From contig NIVC01001327.1 in the NCBI GenBank assembly GCA_002269645.1, positions 1 to 54,132 of the forward strand: 54,132 nucleotides of DNA. The letters are read 5' to 3'. The notes under the pieces were generated by a model that was given only the letters and a program-made list of their open reading frames with translations, was not told where the DNA came from and searched no databases. Positions 12,187-32,607 of the stretch are shown here, piece by piece (the first letter of the stretch is position 1; each line of letters begins with the position of its first letter). The position numbers were made by a program, and so were the translations under genes. This DNA comes from Macrostomum lignano (taxonomy: Eukaryota).

Positions 12187-13429
12187 CGATGCACATGCAT
12201 ATAACGTACCTGATTTTGTACATTCCGCTTCATACTCGATCGCGGCCTTTGTTAGACTTAGAACAATACTCGAAGCTGTTTAATTGCTTTTCTCAGTTTT
12301 CTGGAGCAAATATACATGTACGAGCTAATACTACAAGCTACTATATTACATGCCTTTGGAAACTGAGAAAGCGTCAGCAGTTGAAAATCTACGCCTGTAC
12401 GTCTTGTTGTGCTTTGCTGAATACATGTATAGATAAGAAAGTATATATTTTATCCTCAATTATCACTATCTTCAACTATAAACATGCTGAACTGCAAGGT
12501 GTGGAAATGAGAGATAACGCGTTTTAATTGACTGGGGGGCAATGCAGGCGTCTTCACAGTCCAGGTTTTATTTGCAGCCCTAATTTCACGACTTAATTAA
12601 TTTGATATCACTTAACTGCACCTCTCAAGTAAAGGGTAGCTGTGCGTTAATTAGTTTAACACTTGTTAGTTAAACGGACGTTTCGAGAGCTTACATGTAT
12701 CTATATTAATATTATATAGTAATTATAGTTGGTCTACACAAATTAAGCTAGAAACGACCCTAGCCAACACGAGAAGTCACCTTATTCGCTAAACTAAACA
12801 TTTAAAGCCTTTATTACAATATATAGGTCTGCTCACTGAACATCTCTTAACAAATGTACTTTTATTACCTGTATTTAGTAAACAAGTTTACGTGTACTTT
12901 ACAAGTTATTGCATTGGAATACCAATTCATTGTTTGCCTAACCCGCCTTGTGTGTACGATTTGTGATTTTGATTTCCTAAACAGGCTTTTCGTCTAGCGC
13001 TCTCAGTTTTAAAGCTCGCTTTAACAAAGCCTAAGTGAAGACAGTAAAACAACGCAACAACGTTATAGTTTAAAAAGTTTATTTTGGATCGAAAAAGACA
13101 ATTTTTCAGTCGATGACAAGCATGCGACCCCGCACAGCGATAGGTTCGCATTAATATTCGATGAGGCTTTAAAAAGACATTTTTGGGTTTGAAAAAGAGA
13201 ATTTTGAGTTTGTAAAAACGACTTGACTGCATTTGTCCAAGTTGCCACTCCAATGTCTGGATAGATATTGTTCAGAAATATCATTAAAAGGTATATTTTA
13301 TACTTAAAGCCCTAAATAAAACTTCCTACTTAGCTTATTGTTATTTTTCACTGTACTTAGTCTTAGTGGCAACATGGGTATGCAGGTTATGGCATGAACA
13401 CTGAGTTCAGTTCAGTTATGAATTGCCCC

Positions 13430-14377
<948 letters not shown>

Positions 14378-14610
14378 TCATTTTATTTTTTGTTTAAGGC
14401 ATATATTGTGATATAGGCCTGGGTAAATTGAGCTAAATTTAAAAAGGTAAAGGTAAATTTAACAAGTAGTGAAAAGAATAGCTCAATTAGTGGCTTTACT
14501 TACTTGAGAGTTCTAGAAATGTAACCGACAGAAGCGCAGATAAATGTACAAACTGGTTACGAACTGGCGTCGAAGAAATTAAGGGGCTGAAAAATCAATA
14601 TGGCTGCCGC

Positions 14611-14628
14611 CTCTGTATATATATAAAA
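14611..14628 (-). promoter_or_regulatory. Candidate TATA box of the polyubiquitin gene
   Basis: TATATATA run ~110 nt upstream of the 5'-UTR intron donor (14503). Confidence 0.45.
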
Positions 14629-17133
14629 TAGTTTTAATAATTTAAACAAATTACTGTCAAACTTTTTGAGCTAGACTTCTAATACTTAGCGTACAATAAA
14701 GCTGAATAATTTTTTTAATAAAGTTATTATCTAACTATTGTAATACTTCTAAAAAAGGTATAGTTACGTTTCCTTGGTTAGAGCTTGCCGCATATTTCGT
14801 GCTGCTTATGCCGGAAAATTGTGTGCAAGTAAAGTGCAAATAAATTAGTGCTCTATAGATTAGACTTTAAACGTTAAAAATTTTAAGCCTAACAAAAATG
14901 GCATAGCAGCATTGTAATTTTATATTTTGGGTTGTATCTTGCACATACTACTTCTCTTGTATCATGTTTTGTAAGACTGTACGAGTGTACATAGTTTTAT
15001 TGGTAAATAAAATAAATATGCTTTGCCCTTAAATATGGCCTATAAATTATAATAACACATGCTAGACGCTACGAGTAATTATTGTTGGTTACTGTAATAT
15101 AATATGCAAATTTTAATTCAAATGAAATGGAACAAATGCAAATTTTACATCTCATATTTTACACATAGGTTGAGAGTTGGAACTCCAGTGAGAATTTAAA
15201 TTTGATTTTTATATTATTATGTTAATATTATTCTTTGTCCTTTTTGTTCTATTTGATAAGTCTCTCTTGCCTAAGTAAAAAGAAACCTTAGTAGGGCTAG
15301 TCCTTACTTTTGTCTTTTGAATTTTTTTTCAAATTATACTGAAGGTATAAAAGACTTTTTATATCTAAAATTTTCAATGCAACACAAATTGTAGTTGGCA
15401 TAGGGCCTAAGCTGCCTAATGCATTTTTTGCTTATTAGGCATTCTTTTATAACCTTTGCTTTAGGTGATATCCATGCAAATGTCCATCATTTTTTGGCAA
15501 AATGTTTTTTATAAATAAAAATAACAATAAGTAAAAATAAAAGCTACAACTTGTACAAGTACAAATCACAAGTAAGTTAATTTCTTTAACTTCTTAAGCC
15601 TCGAATTAGGCCTACTCAATCAATTTTTATGCCTAGTGCTAGGCCTAGTTCTAGGCTGATTACAGATGGAAGTGATTATCCCCATGGTCCTATGCCAATA
15701 ATTCCAATTTTATCTACATTAACATAGATAGATCTATGTTGATAATTTCTAGCTTATCCCAATGGCAGCTTATTGAAATAGCTAGGCCTACCACTGCACT
15801 ATTCAAGTTTGTAGGCCATATCAATAATTCCAATTTTATCCACATGGATTCATGTCAATAATTTTCAGCTTATCCCCATGCCTAAGATCATGCAGTTGTT
15901 TGTATGTAGTTTATATATTGACATTAAATGTTGCAAGGCCTACTATATTAAGCCCTAGTCTTTTTTGTAATGTATATAGCATAGTGTAGCTTAAAGTAAT
16001 TGTTATTATAATGTTGTCTGACTTTCCATAAAGGTCAGTATAATAGTGTCATTTTTACATCTTGCTAACTCTCTATCCAAAATCAATATTGTCATTATTA
16101 TTAGTATTATTATCATTATTATTAGGCCTACATATTAAATTTTGGATTTTGCAAGTCTTGTTTGCCTTAATCTTCGGGTAGGTCAGTCATTTCAAGCAAA
16201 GTTGGCAGCTAAACAAATATTTAAAATTAACTCTTCTAACAAATTTTTTAATGAAGTACCTAATAATATTTAGTATTCAGTAGGCCCCTAGTTTATTTGG
16301 AAGATTTGTAAAATACAAAAAGATAGTCTTTGCAAGCAACTTTTTTAGAATAAAAAATTAACACATAATTAGATATATATTATATAGTCATATGGATATG
16401 ACAACATATGACAAACACTTCAAACAAAAATACAACAAAACTATATACAGCATGCTAATAAACTATATGTAAATATCAGATCTAGAAAGACCTTTGGGTT
16501 GGGGTCCTTGAACAGATTTATTTTAAGGTTCTCTATTCCAATAAGCTGCTGTAGGGATAAGCTGAAACTAATTGACATGGATCCCTATGAATAAAATTAG
16601 AATTATTGATATGGCTTATAGCAAGGGTCAACAAACTTTTTTCAGTGCAAGCCAGATTGGACAACTGGCTGAGTTGGCAGGCCAGAAAAAATGTACAACC
16701 AATTAAGCTACTATAAATAACAATTTGGTAGCCTATAAAATCATTTATTAAATTATTTTTTCACTTGAATTTGATTCCTTTCTTTTTTAGAGTAAAAAAG
16801 ATGAAGCAAGTGAATGAATTATAATAGGCCTCCAGTTTTTATAACAATTTCTTAGAAAAAGCTGCATTTCAAAATGTACTACTGTTGTTATACTATGGGA
16901 ATATTAAAAATATTTCTTATATGCAAAATATTCTGAATATTCTATGTATTAATACTTTGTTTTAAATACTAAGGAAATTTTACTATAAATAGGAGTCAGC
17001 TGGGAGCCAAAATAAATAACCTTGTGAACCTTTTCTTGTTTGTTGGTCTTGTACCATTGTTTCAAATATTGATCAAGCTTTAAATCAGCCTTGGGCTTGT
17101 GATCACTCTTGTTACTTATTTTGAGAAGTGGAT

Positions 17134-17609
17134 AGTGACATAGGAGTTGCCCCAAGATTGGGAGTTCAGTCTGTTCTCAGAGAACGGGAAATCCTAGACT
17201 TAGGAGTCTAGTAACCCACCTTTAGAAGGCAGAATTCCTACCACAGGGTAGAGAAATCCAGGCTTAGAGTCTGAGAAACCCGCCTCAGGGCAGAATACCC
17301 AGCAAGTAAGCTGTGACCCTCTGATCCTGGGAATGCCCAGGACTGAGAATAATATCTTTAGAGGAGTATAGGGATAGGATAGACAGTGCCTAAAAGACCG
17401 CTCAGGCCAGAAAGTACAATAGAAGTACAGATGCTACCAATAAAAGTACACATGTTACCAATAGAAGTACATGCGCTACTAGTAAAAGGCAAGTAATAAC
17501 CAGTAAGATTAATAAGCAGAAATAACCCCTGTTACAACTGGTGGCAATTAGTGGGAAAATTGGAGGACAGAAGTAAACCCTAGGACAACTTTGGTGTCAA
17601 CGGTGGGAT
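17134..17609 (+). mobile_element. Probable LTR-retrotransposon remnant (LTR end plus tRNA-Leu-type PBS)
   Basis: AATAAA at ~17448; ...TGTTACA end at 17536 followed by TGGTGGCAATTAGTGGGA (17539) and TGGTGTCAACGGTGGGAT (17592), which resemble the TGGTGTCAGAAGTGGGAT PBS of Gypsy-type elements. No coding sequence remains. Confidence 0.4.
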
Positions 17610-17645
17610 TTTTTATGACAGGAGCAAGCACTGTAACAGAATTAA

Positions 17646-18419
17646 CAGTTTAACATGTACCTGGCAGCTAAATTGTTTGTTATAGTCAATTGCCACATCA
17701 TGATACAAGGGTACTACTTGAAAGTTAAACACTAACAGTGGCTCAATCCAACCTGAGGTTGCTAGTTGTCCATCCAGCTATCTAGAGAGTATGATTAATA
17801 GCCCAAAATTAGAAAAGTAACCAGAGGCTTGACTTAAATCCTAGTATTGGCAGCTTGGCAGCTAATTTTTCATTCTCAAACCAAAGAATACTAAGCTAAT
17901 ATAGAATGCCAGTGTGGTTCAAAAAGTGAAGCTGAAATCTTGATTCCTCAGGCATTTACATTTTTTCGTTTTGACCATAAACAAAATTTATTATAAAGAA
18001 GTCATTTAATAATAAGAAATTTGCAACTTTGGCTGCAACACGCAAACTGCAATTTTTGTTGAGTAATAGTGAGTAAAGTTTATTACAAACAAACTTTTGT
18101 TTGTAATAGCTCAGTATTCTTTGTAATAGCTCAGTATTCTTTGTCTCAAATGTATATCCCCCTTTAAAAGTCCCTCTGGCTCCCGTATTGTCACAGCCTT
18201 TTGACCATAGACATGCATATTTTCATGCTTTGTGCGCACAAAACTGATACTATTTTTAAAATTCTTGACATCAGTGCACAAATTCAAATGTGGTGGAGAG
18301 ATGTGCTTCAATAAAATTACCCAGTCACACTATTACTCAATGTTAAAGTAGTATCCTTGTGTCATGATATGGCAATTGACTATAACAAACAATTTAGCTA
18401 CCAGGTACATGTTAAACTA
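17646..18419. repeat. ~85-bp inverted repeat pair (foldback/MITE-like) inside the nested hAT
   Basis: 17646-17728 (CAGTTTAACATGTACCTGGCAGCTAAATTGTTTGTTATAGTCAATTGCCACATCATGATACAAGG) is the reverse complement of ~18342-18419; a second short inverted pair lies at ~18058 and ~18327. Confidence 0.75.
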
Positions 18420-19740
18420 TTACTTTATTCACCTATTTTGGATTTTAAAAATAGAAGGGAGTCAAATTCAAATGAAAAAAATAATTTAATGAACAATTTT
18501 ATAGGATAAGCCAATAATTTTAGATGATAGACCAAACATAACCAATAATACCACAGTTAAAATTGACACAAGAATGACAGGATGAAAGCTAATTCGCTTG
18601 TAAAGTTGAATGTTTCAATACAAATTTGATTTGCAGGCCACTTTTACATTGTTAGATAGTAAGAGTGCTGCGGGCTGGACTCGAAGATGTTGTAGGTCGG
18701 ATCTAGGCTGCAGTTTGCTGACCCTTGGCCTACAGACTTAAATGGTGGCAGCTATTTCAATAAGCTGCCATGGGGATAAGCTAGAAATTATTGACACGGA
18801 TCTGTATGGATAAAATTGGAATTATCAGTATGGGACTGTGGGGATAAGCACTTCCATTACAGATACTAAAATAAACACTATTAACTAGATAGGCTACTCC
18901 AAGCATTTATATGCAAGCTACTTTTAGTTTAGTAATAAGTTAAACTAAAGCATTTTAATATATTTTTTAAGACAAGTAGAGATCAGATGAGATCTCAATC
19001 TTGCAATCAATATTCTTCCAGATTTTGACTTTTTTCTCAATCAAATCTCAATTTAAAAAAAGTGCCAAGAATCTGAGATATAAAATAAAGTAAAATAAAG
19101 AGCCTTTGATTGAATACCAATTTTCTGAGTATAGAATAGATTACCTAGACTATTTTAGGCTATTTTATAGTCATTTATATATTTTTTATTTCTTTTTTTA
19201 TAGTCAATAGGAAGAAATTGCATTTACATTAATAATTGACATTTCATGCAATTAACCTCAGCTAAAGTTGATGACAAGAACCATTAGAAGTTATCATTGT
19301 ATCAACATATTAACAAAGCATGTTTCTTTATTTTTTATTTTACAGCCTCTTTTTTGCAGTTCAAGATTTTTACTTAATTAGATGGTATTTGTTTTGTGTT
19401 GTTTGTAAAAAGAACCATTTTGCTATTTTTATGGTCAGCATAACAATTTAAAATAGCTTATTGAAGATTAGTAAAGCAATAAGATTGCAAGCTAAGATTT
19501 AATTGTGGCCAAAAGTTTCAAAATCTCAAAACAATCTCTAAATCGGGATGGATCAATATCTCACCCTTAGCTATAGCCAAAAAATTAGACTACTTTTTAG
19601 AGATTTTAACCGTAGCCATAGCCTCACCATGATAATAAGTATTGAATTTCTCCCAGCTTTAGTGCTTATGCCTTCTAGCCTCAAATTTGATGGGAAGAAT
19701 GTAATCCAAAAGCTCTATGAGTGGACTTTTTCTATAGTAG

Positions 19741-26941
<7,201 letters not shown>

Positions 26942-26981
26942 GCTGCTGGGGTGGCTTGAGACTGACTGATTGGGTGAGATT

Positions 26982-28108
26982 TTGTGCCAGCTGGGGTGAG
27001 ATTTTGTGCCAGCTGGGGTGAGATTTTGTGTCACCTGGGGTGAGATTTTGTGCCAGCTGGGGTGAGATTTTGTGTCACCTGGGGTGAGATTTTGTGCCAG
27101 CTGGGGTGAGATTTTGTGTCACCTGGGGTGAGATTTTGTGCCAGCTGGGGTGAGATTTTGTGTCAGCGAGGGTGAGATTTTGATTTTGTGCCAGCTGGGG
27201 CAGTGGTGGCGCAGTATCTCTGGTTGGGGGGGGGGGCAGTAGTTAGGTGGTCACCCCCCTTCCCCTACCTTCCCCTACCAATCGTAATTAAACAAATAAA
27301 AACATTTGAATTCGAACACAAATTTTCTAAGAAAGTAAAAAATTACGAACAAATCATGACACTTCTTACAAAACGAAAATTCTTATAAAAATGCATTTTT
27401 AATCATTGATGCAAGTTGCATAGCAGGGAGTGACCATCTGCCCTCCCTTCCTAGGGTCTTTTCGAGGGCCGTGGGGATGGTGGGGTGGTCACCCCCTTGA
27501 GGCAGTGACCTGTGGTCACCTGGGGACAGCTGCCCCCCCTGCGCCGCCACTGAGCTGGGGTGGGATTTTGTGTCAGCTGGGGTGAGATTTTATGCCAGCT
27601 GGGGTGGGATTTTATGCCAGCTGGGGTGAGATTTTGTGTCACCTGGGTGAGATTTTATGCCAGCTGGGGTGAGATTTTATGCCAGCTGGGGTGGGATTTT
27701 ATGCCAGCTGGGGTGAGATTTTGTGTCACCTGGGTGAGATTTTGTGTCACCTGGGTGAGATTTTATGCCAGCTGGGGTAAGATTTTGTGTCACCTGGGTG
27801 AGATTTTATGCCAGCTGGGGTAAGATTTTGTGTCACCTGGGTGAGATTTTGTGCCAGCTGGGGTGAGATTTTGTGTCACCTGGGTGAGATTTTGTGTCAC
27901 CTGGGTGAGATTTTGTGCCAGCTGGGGTAAGATTTTGTGTCACCTGGGTGAGATTTTGTGTCACCTGGGTGAGATTTTATGCCAGCTGGGGTAAGATTTT
28001 GTGTCACCTGGGTGAGATTTTATGCCAGCTGGGGTAAGATTTTGTGTCACCTGGGTGAGATTTTGTGTCACCTGGGTGAGATTTTTTGCCAGCTGGGGTG
28101 AGATTTTG
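26982..28108 (+). repeat. 21-22-bp minisatellite downstream of the RUVBL1 stop (AGCTGGGGTGAGATTTTGTGCC), interrupted by a MITE
   Basis: Tandem units at 26982-27200 and 27553-28108. Confidence 0.95.
27201..27552. mobile_element. hAT-family MITE, 352 bp
   Basis: TIRs CAGTGGTGGCGCAG / CTGCGCCGCCACTG (13 of 14 match); 8-bp AGCTGGGG on both sides (this is also part of the host repeat unit); repeated GGTCACC subterminal motifs. Confidence 0.85.
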
Positions 28109-28726
28109 TAACCAAATTTGAGCTTGATATATTCGTGTCGGTCCAACCAACCAAGTGTTGACTTTAATGTTAATTATAAATTTTGCGCAAATTCGTGTCT
28201 GCATTATGCTACTCATTTGGCGTTCATTAAGTAGACTGTTGCGCGCGTGTTTACTTTTCTAATGATTCTCGGCTAGCTGCCAAGCTGTGCTCGAGCGCGC
28301 TGCTGCTTTTTTATACCGACTGTAGACAGGACGAAAAACAAATGAAAAATATAAAACCGGCCTTCTCTTTTCCATTTCGCCTCTCACGAATGTTTTGCAC
28401 ATTGATTGAGCAGACTGAGCTGCTTCGCTTTTCAAAAACATTTATTTATTTCTGAGGATAATTTTACAAATAACTTTACTACATATTTTTCGGCTTGTTA
28501 GTAGCATACTTTACTACTTATTAAAATGAAAATCTTACAAAGTAAACGGTGTCATCGGGTGGGCAGGACAAAGAAAGTTCCAATACTAAATCTGTCAGCT
28601 CGTACTGTACATACTACTTATCGATACTTTACTTTTCTAAATTTTTAAGTAGCATAATTAGCGCTTTTTGCTATTTTGAAGATGATGACAATACATTAGC
28701 GATTTTACAAGCGGCTCGGACGCAGC

Positions 28727-31700
28727 CTACATGTCCGCAGCCGTTTCGTAGCTGGGCGGCGGGGTGCCGCTGTCCTGTCCGCGGGCGTGGGTCACCTTTG
28801 GCTCCTCCTGTTGCTGACCGCTGCCGAACTCTGAGCCGTAGTAGTTCATGTTGAGGCCCGGCTCGGGATAGGGGGGCGGCTGCGAGCTGCTGATTGGCTT
28901 GGCCGCCACTGAGCTGGAGCTGAATTGCATGGTTGGGTTCGGAGAAATGCTCCTTATTGATCCGGCCTGTCCTGTTCTGTCGAGTGACGATCCCAATGTG
29001 TCAGTGACAATCCCGAATGTGACAGATTGACAATCCCAAATGTGACAGAGTGACAATCCCGAATGTGACAGAGTGACAATCCCGAATGTGACAGAGTGAC
29101 AATCCCGAATGTGAAAGAGTGACAATCCCAAATGTGACAGAGTGACAATCCCAAATGTGACAGAGTGACAATCCCGAATGTGACAGAGTGACAATCCCGA
29201 ACGTGACCGAGTGACGATCCCAATGTGTCAGTGACAATCCCGAATGTGAAAGAGTGACAATCCTAAATGTGACAGAGTGACAATCCCGAACGTGACCGAG
29301 TGACAATCCCGAATGTGACAGAGTGACAATCCCGAATGTGAAAGAGTGACAATCCCAAATGTGACAGAGTGACAATCCCGAACGTGACAGAGTGACAATC
29401 CCGAATGTTTCAGAGTGACAATCCTGATGTGTCGCGGTGAAAATATCCGGATGTGACAGTGACAATTCCGATGTGCCAGATGACACTGTCAGAGTGCAAT
29501 CTGTCAGAGTGAAAATTCCAATGTCGCAGAGTGAACAATCCTTATATTAAGTAAGGGGTGTGACAATCCTTATGTGAGGGAGTGACAATCGTTATTGAGG
29601 GAGTGACAATCCTTATTGTGAGGGAGTGACAATCCTTATTGTGAGGGAGTGACAATCCTTATTGTGAGGGAGTGACAATCCTTATTGTGAGGGAGTGACA
29701 ATCCTTATTGTGAGGGAGTGACAATTTTTATTGAGGGAGTGACAATCCTTATTGTGAGGGATTGACAATCCTTATTGTGAGGGAGTGACAATCCTTATCG
29801 TGAGGGAGTGACAATTCTTAAGTGAGGAAGTGACAATCCTTAAGTGAGGGAGTGACAGTCCCAGTGTGACTATCCATCTAGACGTATGGATCAGGGCATC
29901 AGAAATTGTCACTGCAGCAGGTCTCACCCGGCGGAGGCCCCCTTGGCGCAGTTGTAGCAGATGTAGACGATCAGCACCAGGCCGGCGGCGAGGAAGGCGA
30001 TGCCCACCGCCACGCCAGCGGCACGGCTGCTGCTGCAAGGTGAATCGAGGGCGCAATTATTTGAGTCAATTTCAGCAGGTAACCATCTCTTTGCCTAGAC
30101 CATAAAGTTCATCAATACGTACGAATGAACTACATGTATTCGAATAGCTGAATATGAAAAAGCTCATATCCTTCAAGGTATAAGGGAACTCATGGGAAAG
30201 TTCATCTTAAAGTACAGGTGCACTCGTGGCAAAGCTTATACATATATCTTAAAGTACAGGCGCACTCGTGGCAAAGCTTATACATATATCTTAAAGTACA
30301 GCCGCACTCATAACAAAGCTCATCCTAAAGTACAGGCGCACTCATAGCAAAGTTCATCCTTACAGGCACTTACAGGCACACTCATGGAAAAGTTCATCTT
30401 AAAGTACAGGCGCACTCATGGTAAAGTTCATCTTAAAGTACATACGCACTCATGGGAAATACTCGCATTTTTTCTGCGCAAACAAATCTACTCACTCGTC
30501 CCAGAATCCGCAGCAGTACTCAGCTTCATCACCGCCGCAGCAGTAGGTCTTGTCCTCGCTGCCGTCAATCGGGCAGATGAACACTCCGTATGTAGTTTTA
30601 TTCTTGTAGATCCAGGGCACCTGCACGGAGCTGTTGTACTCGACGGGCACCGCGTCCTCGATATTGAAGCACAATGGCGTGTCGCTCTCCAGGTCGGAGT
30701 GCGACCTGCGCCAGCGCAGCGAGCTGAAGTAGTAGCCCGACCGGAACGCGCGGTACTTCACCGACCAGCTGCGATTCGAGTTGGGGCTTTGAGCAGCGTC
30801 TGAACTTTACGGCCTTGAGGGGGAGCTTAACCATGGCCTGGGGGTGGGAGAAGACTAACCTTCATGGCCTGAAGGTGGAAGCTGACTAACCTTCATGGCC
30901 TGAAGGTGGGAGCTGACTAACCTTCATGGCCTGGGGTAGGAGAAGACTAACCTTCATGGCCTGAAGGTGGGAGCTGACTACTGTGACAAACAGTTCAGTC
31001 ACACTGCACTCCCCAATGACAAACAGTTCAGTCACACTGCACTCCCTCAGTGCCAAACAGTTCAGTCATACTGCACTCCTCAGTGCCAAACAGTTCAGTC
31101 ACACTGCACTCCTCAGTGCCAAACAGTTCAGTCACACTGCACTCCTCAGTGACAAACAGTTCAGTCACACTGCACTCCCCAGTAACAAACAGTTCAGTCA
31201 CACTGCACTCCCCAGTAACAAACAGTTCAGTCACACTGCACTCCCCAGTAACAAACAGTTCAGTCACACTGCACTCCCCAGTAACAAACAGTTCAGTCAC
31301 ACTGCACTCCCCAGTAACAAACAGTTCAGTCACACTGCACTCCTCAGTGAGTGCCAAACATACACGAAGGACGCGGCCACAAAGGTGGACATTCGAGAGT
31401 AGCTGGTTCCCCCACTCGATCTTGAGTAGGACCTGCTCCGGCTGCTCCGGCTGCCGCTGCTCCGGCTTCCGCTGCTGCCGCGGCTGCCGCTGGAGCCTCT
31501 GGCAGCAAAGGCTGCAATCGGTGAGACATGAGAGGGCTGTCTGTTTCAAACCTGTGGCTTGCGTGTGCATGTCACGTACAATTGTTTATACATGTACATT
31601 GAGTAGAATCCCACTAAGAACGTAAGTAACACTGCAGTTACTCAGTCAGCTGGCATTAAACACTGCAGTTACTCACTCAGCTGGCATTAAACACTGCAGT

Positions 31701-32607
31701 TACTCACTCAGCTGGCATTAAACACTGCAGTTACTCAGTCAGCTGGCATTAAACACTGCAGTTACTCACTCAGCTGGCATTAAACACTGCAGTTACTCAC
31801 TCAGCTGGCATTAAACACTGCAGTTACTCACTCAGCTGGCATTAAACACTGCGGTTACTCAGTCAGCTAGCATTAAACACTGCAGGTACTCAGTCAGCTG
31901 GCATTAAACACTGCAGTTACTCAGTCAGCTAGCATTAAACACTGCGGTTACTCAGTCAGCTAGCATTAAACACTGCGGTTACTCAGTCAGCTAGCATTAA
32001 ACACTGCAGGTACTCAGTCAGCTGGCATTAAACACTGCGGTTGCTCAGTCAGCTGGCATTAAACACTGCAGTTACTCACTCAGCTGGCATTAAACACTGC
32101 AGTTACTCACTCAGCTGGCATTAAACACTGCAGTTACTCACTCAGCTGGCATTAAACACTGCGGTTACTCAGTCAGCTAGCATTAAACACTGCAGGTACT
32201 CAGTCAGCTGGCATTAAACACTGCAGTTACTCAGTCAGCTAGCATTAAACACTGCGGTTACTCAGTCAGCTAGCATTAAACACTGCGGTTACTCAGTCAG
32301 CTAGCATTAAACACTGCAGGTACTCAGTCAGCTGGCATTAAACACTGCGGTTGCTCAGTCAGCTGGCATTAAACACTGCAGTTACTCACTCAGCTGGCAT
32401 TAAACACTGCAGTTACTCACTCAGCTGGCATTAAACACTGCAGTTACTCACTCAGCTGGCATTAAACACTGCGGTTAGTCAGTCATGGCTGGCATTAAAC
32501 ACTGCGGTTACTCAGTCAGCTGGCATTAAACACTGCGGTTACTCACTCAGCTCGATGAGCAGCAAAGCGCAGAAGACGAATAGCAATAATAGAATTGAAG
32601 GCTTCAT
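28727..32607 (-). CDS. Shisa-like type I membrane protein; exons 32607-32547, 31511-~31341, 30799-30496, 30032-29928, 28919-28727
   Basis: Signal peptide MKPSILLLLFVFCALLLIELTFA; Arg/Gly/Ser-rich linker; Cys domain C...FICP...YCCG....YCCGFWD characteristic of Shisa-like proteins; TM (GVAVGIAFLAAGLVLIVYIC); cytoplasmic PPPY and PPSY motifs. Phases are consistent. The exon-2 donor is uncertain (31341 or 31364). Confidence 0.75.
28983..29860. repeat. Two related 23-bp minisatellites in Shisa-like intron 4 (GAGTGACAATCCCGAATGTGACA; GAGGGAGTGACAATCCTTATTGT)
   Basis: Tandem units sharing the core GAGTGACAATCC. Confidence 0.9.
30835..31350. repeat. 31-bp and 33-bp minisatellites in Shisa-like intron 2
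   Basis: GACTAACCTTCATGGCCTGAAGGTGGGAGCT (~30835-30975) and AAACAGTTCAGTCACACTGCACTCCTCAGTGCC (~30985-31350). Confidence 0.9.
31627..32551. repeat. 31-bp minisatellite in Shisa-like intron 1 (CAGCTGGCATTAAACACTGCAGTTACTCACT)
   Basis: About 30 tandem units; the last unit overlaps the exon-1 donor. Confidence 0.97.

Larger units (their letters stand above)
16622..18727. mobile_element. hAT-family non-autonomous element nested in the right TIR of the MULE-like element
   Basis: TIRs CAAGGGTCAACAAACT (16622) / AGTTTGCTGACCCTTG (ends 18727); degenerate 8-bp TSD GCTTATAG / GCCTACAG. Removing it restores collinearity with the left TIR. Confidence 0.75.
15668..18855. mobile_element. Non-autonomous Mutator/MULE-like element with ~200-bp TIRs, interrupted by nested insertions
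   Basis: Ends GGAAGTG (15668) and CACTTCC (18855); exact 9-bp TSD ATTACAGAT at 15659-15667 and 18856-18864. Left arm ~15668-15880 is the reverse complement of the right arm, which is split into 16535-16621 plus 18728-18855. Confidence 0.8.

Noticed and set aside
14506-14518. Heat-shock-element-like GAGAGTTCTAGAA near the polyubiquitin 5' exon
   Set aside because: Imperfect first unit and located downstream of the TATA candidate; too short to call.
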